Assembly: GCA_002269645.1 (NCBI GenBank)
Contig: NIVC01002417.1
Coordinates: 62,001-126,000, forward strand
Origin: Macrostomum lignano
Taxonomy: Eukaryota
DNA: 64,000 bases
Direction of reading: 5' to 3'
A program made the position numbers and the translations under genes. The notes beneath the pieces were generated by a model. The model was not told the DNA's origin and ran no database searches. It saw nothing but the letters and a program-made list of their open reading frames with translations. Positions 59,239 through 64,000 of this stretch are shown piece after piece (the first letter of the stretch is position 1; each line of letters opens with the position of its first letter).

Positions 59239-62236
59239 ATGTTCAACGTAAAGACCAGCGCTCACGGTGTTGCGAGGATCTTTGGCAACTCGTCTAGTTC
59301 GAGTCGTCGGAGTCTACCAGTGAGACTGGCTTGGTCTGCTGCATGGCTCCTACTCACTGCCCTGCTGTTGCGAGGTGTGGCCACCTACTTGGCCAAGCTC
59401 GCATCTAGTCGTCAGCCAAACGCCGGACTCAAACGCGTCTTTGTTGCTGACGGGGCCGCCTTCGAGTTTCCAGATTTGTACTTTTGCAACGAACTACAGA
59501 TTGGCGGCGGGAATAGCGTGCTGCTCAACTACAGCGAAGCTGCTTCTGTTAACTCGGCCCTGGATTTGGCTAACAACACCTTTGAGAAGGCGTTCGGCCA
59601 GCTAAATGATAGCGGGTATTGCATGCTTTATGTTTTAACTAGAATTTTATGCTTTGGGCTGGAGCGCTGTAAGTGTTGCCTGATTGAGTTGAGCACACTG
59701 TAGGAGAGTCAGATTGAGTTGAGCACACTGTAGGAGAGTCAGATTGAGTTTAGCACACTGTAGGAGAGTCAGATTGAGTTGAGCACACTGTAGGAGAGTC
59801 AGATTGAGTTGAGCACACTGTAGGAGAGTCAGATTGAGTTGAGCACACTGTAGCTGAGAGTCAGATTGAGTTGAGCACACTGTAAGAGAGTCAGATTGAG
59901 TTGAGCACACTGTAAGAGAGTCAGATTGAGTTGAGCACACTGTAGCTGAGAGTCAGATTGAGTTGAGCACACTGTAAGAGAGTCAGATTGAGTTGAGCAC
60001 ACTGTAAGAGAGTCAGATTGAGTTGAGCACACTGTAAGAGAGTCAGATTGAGTTGAGCACACTGTAAGAGAGTCAGATTGAGTTGAGCACACTGTAGGAG
60101 AGTCAGATTGAGTTGAGCACACTGTAGCTGAGAGTCAGATTGAGTTGAGCACACTGTAAGAGAGTCAGATTGAGTTGAGCACACTGTAAGAGAGTCAGAT
60201 TGAGTTGAGCACACTGTAAGAGAGTCAGATTGAGTTGAGCACACTGTAAGAGAGTCAGATTGAGTTGAGCACACTGTAGGAGAGTCAGATTGAGTTGAGC
60301 ACACTGTAGGAGAGTCAGATTGAGTTGAACACACTGTAGGAGAGTCAGATTGAGTTGAGCACACTGTAAGAGAGTCAGATTGAGTTGAGCACACTGTAGG
60401 AGAGTCAGATTGAGTTGAGCACACTGTAGGAGAGTCAGATTAAGTTGAACACACTGTAGGAGAGTCAGATTGAGTTGAGCACACTGTAAGAGAGTCAGAT
60501 TGAGTTGAGCACACTGTAGGAGAGTCAGATTGAGTTGAGCACACTGTAAGAGAGTCAGATTGAGTTGAGCACACTGTAGGAGAGTCAGATTGAGTTGAGC
60601 ACACTGTAGGAGAGTCAGATTGAATTGAGCACACTGTAGGGAGAGTCAGATTGAGTTGAGCACACTGTAGGAGAGTCACATCGATTTGAGCACCCTGTAG
60701 TAGAGTCAGATTGAGTTGAGCACTCAAAAGGCTATTGAACCCGAGCCCGCACTTTCTCTCTGAGACATTCCAGCTCGCTTTCCGAGTCTGAAAGACTCCT
60801 CCTGCTGAGGCTGCGACCTGTTTCCCTGCTCCGCTCTGTGCCGTACCGCCTTTTGTCCGACGTCGTTGGACAGAAGCTGAAGCAGACTTTTCTAGGCAAC
60901 TTCGGAGTCTACAGCGTCGGCGAAAGACCTCCAAACGATCGTCCCGTTGCCGTGTCGGAGTTTTACCATCCGGAGCACCTGAAATGCTTCCGTGTAGAGC
61001 TCACCAACTCGGAGCGACTGGCTATGCGCAGAGATAATAATCGACTGACCTTTCACTTGACTCTGGACGCGTATTATGCTACCATGCGACATGTGGCCAG
61101 TCCTTATCGGCTGCCAGACATCCCTGTACCCACTGGCAGACGTGGACAGTCGATGAATATCCGACCTCTGGACTGGAACCTCAACGATCCGCTGCAAATC
61201 GACTCTGGTAGCGGCATGGTTCTCTACTTGGTTCCGCCGGGGCACTATCCGTCTCCCCTGGCAACCAGCGGCTGCAAACGACTCCTCCTGGGTCCGGGAC
61301 GCGCCTACGACATTGCCGTGGGCATGACAGTCACCGAGCTGCTTCCGGCTTCAGATTTCACTGACAGGTAATTTTTACGCTCGTAGGCGTGTTGATGGCC
61401 TTTTTCCAAAGCTTTAAAAAATTAAAATCGTCGAAGCTACACAGTGCGCTTATAAGCTCGGAGTTTTATTGGCCAACCAACCCTTCACTCACAGGTGCGT
61501 GTCCCGGCACGAACCAGTCGCCTTCTATAATCCGTACAACGGAGGCCGCCAATGGTTCAACTACAGCGGCTCTGTGCCCCACTATTCGCAAATTGCGGCA
61601 AATAATCTAGCCAAGTTCAACTGTTCGCCGATGCCTCAGGCTTTGCCATGGAAATACCGCGGCCTGCCCGTGTGCCTGAACCTTAGCAGCGCCATAGAAA
61701 TCAACGAGACCCGAGCGGAAATACTCTGGCGAGGACTTCAAGCAATGAATTCTAGCGAACAGAACGACTGGAAGCAAAGTCTGCAACCGGACGACCGCAA
61801 GTTGCCGCCGTGTCGTCAAAGTCGCTACTGGACGGTGGACTCCTACGGCCGGTGGCCGAACTCGGCCAGCCTGTTTCGCTACGCTACTCAACTGGTGGCC
61901 TCCGAGTTGGCATTGGCTCCAGAAAATTATCGATCCTTATTGGCCGGTCTGAGAATCGTGTCCAATTTCAAAGACGTGTCCGAGTACGCGCACGCCGAAG
62001 CTATCGAGGAGTACACCAGGCGGGGCGGTCTGAAAGTGACACTGCGAGCGGCTTCCAGTTTCAACGATTTAAATGTCTTGGCTAGGGACTACAGGTTGCA
62101 GCAGTTCGTGGCGGACACTGGCGGGGCAATGGGACTTTATCTGGGCTGCTCGACGTTGACTCTGTGCGAGCTGCTTGAGTTGCTGCATGGAGTTGTGCTC
62201 AGCCTGGCTGCTAAGCTGCGGAAAGGAAGGGGTTGA
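59239..62236 (+). CDS. DEG/ENaC/ASIC-family amiloride-sensitive cation channel subunit, 3 exons, about 570 aa
   Basis: Exons 59239-59615, 60774-61367 and 61495-62236 (phase-2 junctions, 1713 nt). TSAHG (HG motif), TM1, FPDLYFCN, GMVLYL..P..LGPG, PPC, and TM2 FVADTGGAMGLYLGCSTLTLCELL (GxS filter). Confidence 0.88.
59683..60725. repeat. 30-bp minisatellite (tgagttgagcacactgtaggagagtcagat), about 34 copies, DEG/ENaC intron 1
   Basis: Visible; gives the CSTQSDSLTV ORFs. Confidence 0.93.
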
Positions 62237-62239
62237 CGA

Positions 62240-62367
62240 TGGGGATCAGGGATCGGGATCAGGGATCGGGATCAGGGATCAGGGATCGGGATCAGGGATC
62301 GGGATCAGGGATCGGGATCAGGGATCGGGATCAGGGATCGGGATCAGGGATCGGGATCAGGGATCGG
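62240..62367. repeat. (gggatca/gggatc)n array directly after the channel stop codon
   Basis: Visible. Confidence 0.9.
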
Positions 62368-62914
62368 TGACCCTAATCACATGACCTAGGATTTATTGCA
62401 GTGGAAGTTTAAATGTATTTATATGCACTCTCATAGCACTCACTACCTGGCACTGCACCGTGTTACCGCAATTTTAATATCTAGCTCTCAGCCTGTCATG
62501 AAATTTTGCGTTTGTGAAACCTACCCAGTACAAATATGCTGTAAGAACTTGAGACAGTTAAATTTTGAAATTCTGGAAAACAGAATTAGGGATTACATCA
62601 ATTTCACGGTCGGTTGCTTTGTCTTGATGTCAATTAACTTTAAGATAAACAAGCTATTACTTGATAAAGATATTCGAGTTTACACGGCAGGCAATGGGTG
62701 CAGACGTGAGTATGCTACCGGTAAATGGAGCACATTACAGGAAACAACCAGAAAGATAAACAATAATTGGTACACAGAGTCAGCTACTCGTCTATAATTG
62801 CTGTATCATATATTCTGGCGGCCTGCTTGACCTCAAAAGAAATCTATATAGAATAATAGTCTATGGTCTAAACCAACTATTTATTATCCAGTGTCTATTG
62901 ATAGGAGGAGGCGT

Positions 62915-63075
62915 CATTGCTGAGTAAGAGGGGTCATTGCTGAGAAAGAGGGGTCATTGCTGAACAAGAGGGGTCATTGCTGAGTAAAAGGGTCATTGCT
63001 GAGCAAGAGGGGTCATTGCTGAGTAAGAGGGTCATTGCTGAGCAAGAGGGGTCATTGCTGAGCAAGAGGTGTCAT
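62915..63075. repeat. 19-20-bp tandem repeat (ggggtcattgctgagcaaga)
   Basis: Visible. Confidence 0.85.
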
Positions 63076-63614
63076 CGATGTGCGAGAGTTGTTATCGATA
63101 TCACTCCTTGCGAGGGGACACGGATATCGGTTTTTTAATCTATTGGCTATGACAAACAAATGGCTCCACAAACCTCTTCATTTATCACCCTGTCATTTAA
63201 ACAACATTCGGTAGGTTTTACAGTGCCCTACCTATTAAATTGCAATGCTTTCATCTCGCAGCTACTTATAAATTTGGTCAGAACCCAATTAAGGCCAACA
63301 CGACTAAAGGCTGTAACTACTACGCATAATGTAAATATTTGTCTCATTCTGCAAGTCTCTCTTTCACTCAGCAGCTGCGCACAAAATTTTTCTATAGCTA
63401 TTAAAAGAAGATAAGCCGCGACTAGTTTAGAGGTTGATAAAGTTATATAAACTTCTAATAACGATATTTAGCGAAATGGCAAACAGTTAAACATATTTGA
63501 GTTCTTCTCCATCCAGAAGTTGAAATGGTGAGCTGTTTGTTAGATTGAATAGATTACTAAATAAATTTGTCATTCAGAATTGTTTTGTTGTTCTTGTTTT
63601 CCTAATTTGCCATT

Positions 63615-64000
63615 TTGGCGCCCCCTTGCCAGTAGCTTTGGCGCCACTTCTTGCCAGTAGCTTTGGCGCCCCCTTGCCAGTAGCTTTGGCGCCACCTTGC
63701 CAGTAGCTTTGGCGCCCCCCCCCCCTTGCCAGTAGCTTTGGCGCCACCTTGCCAGTAGCTTTGGCGCCCCCTCCTTGCCAGTAGCTTTGGCGCCTCCTTG
63801 CCAGTAGCTTTGGCGCCCCCTTGCCAGTAGCTTTGGCGCCCCCTTGCCAGTAGCTTTGGCGCCCCCTTGCCAGTAGCTTTGGCGCCCCTTCTTGCCAGTA
63901 GCTTTGGCGCCCCCATGCCAATAGCCTTGGCGCCCCAATGCCAGTAGCTCTGGCGCCCCCCCCCCTTGCCAGTAGCTTTGGCGCCACCTTGCCAGTAGCT
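63615..64000. repeat. 22-24-bp minisatellite (ccttgccagtagctttggcgcc), runs off the window end
   Basis: Visible; gives the APKLLARGRQSYWQGG ORFs. Confidence 0.9.

Noticed and set aside
59669-59674. Stronger-looking donor gtaagt for DEG/ENaC exon 1
   Set aside because: It gives phase 1, and the only phase-1 acceptor (60730) runs into TGA at 60736. The phase-2 donor at 59616 fits.
62396-62797. 133-aa ORF downstream of the channel
   Set aside because: Non-ATG start, AT-rich UTR-like composition and no recognisable motif.

Overview
Eukaryotic (animal) genomic DNA with GT-AG introns. The C-rich acceptors, repeat-filled introns and gene set resemble a free-living flatworm such as Macrostomum, but that is inference only. 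I could reconstruct six spliced protein-coding genes with frame-consistent junctions. Minus strand: a GT32 (SUR1/CSH1-type DXD) glycosyltransferase, NOL9/Grc3 and OSGEP/Kae1. Plus strand: a MAM-domain type-I membrane protein, p190RhoGAP (8 exons, about 1602 aa) and a DEG/ENaC channel. Also present: a partial GT32 paralog with a nonsense codon, a possible 102-aa three-exon orphan, an intact CACTA/EnSpm-like transposase ORF, a decayed P/THAP9-type transposase split by a nested TIR element, several MITEs, a CORE-like tRNA SINE, and a short diverged 28S rDNA fragment covering the R2/I-PpoI/Pokey target site. The most striking structure is that 19 of 20 modelled introns each carry their own unrelated tandem-repeat array. 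Most long ORFs in the supplied track are translations of these arrays and are not genes. No CRISPR array, tRNA gene or full rRNA gene is supported.
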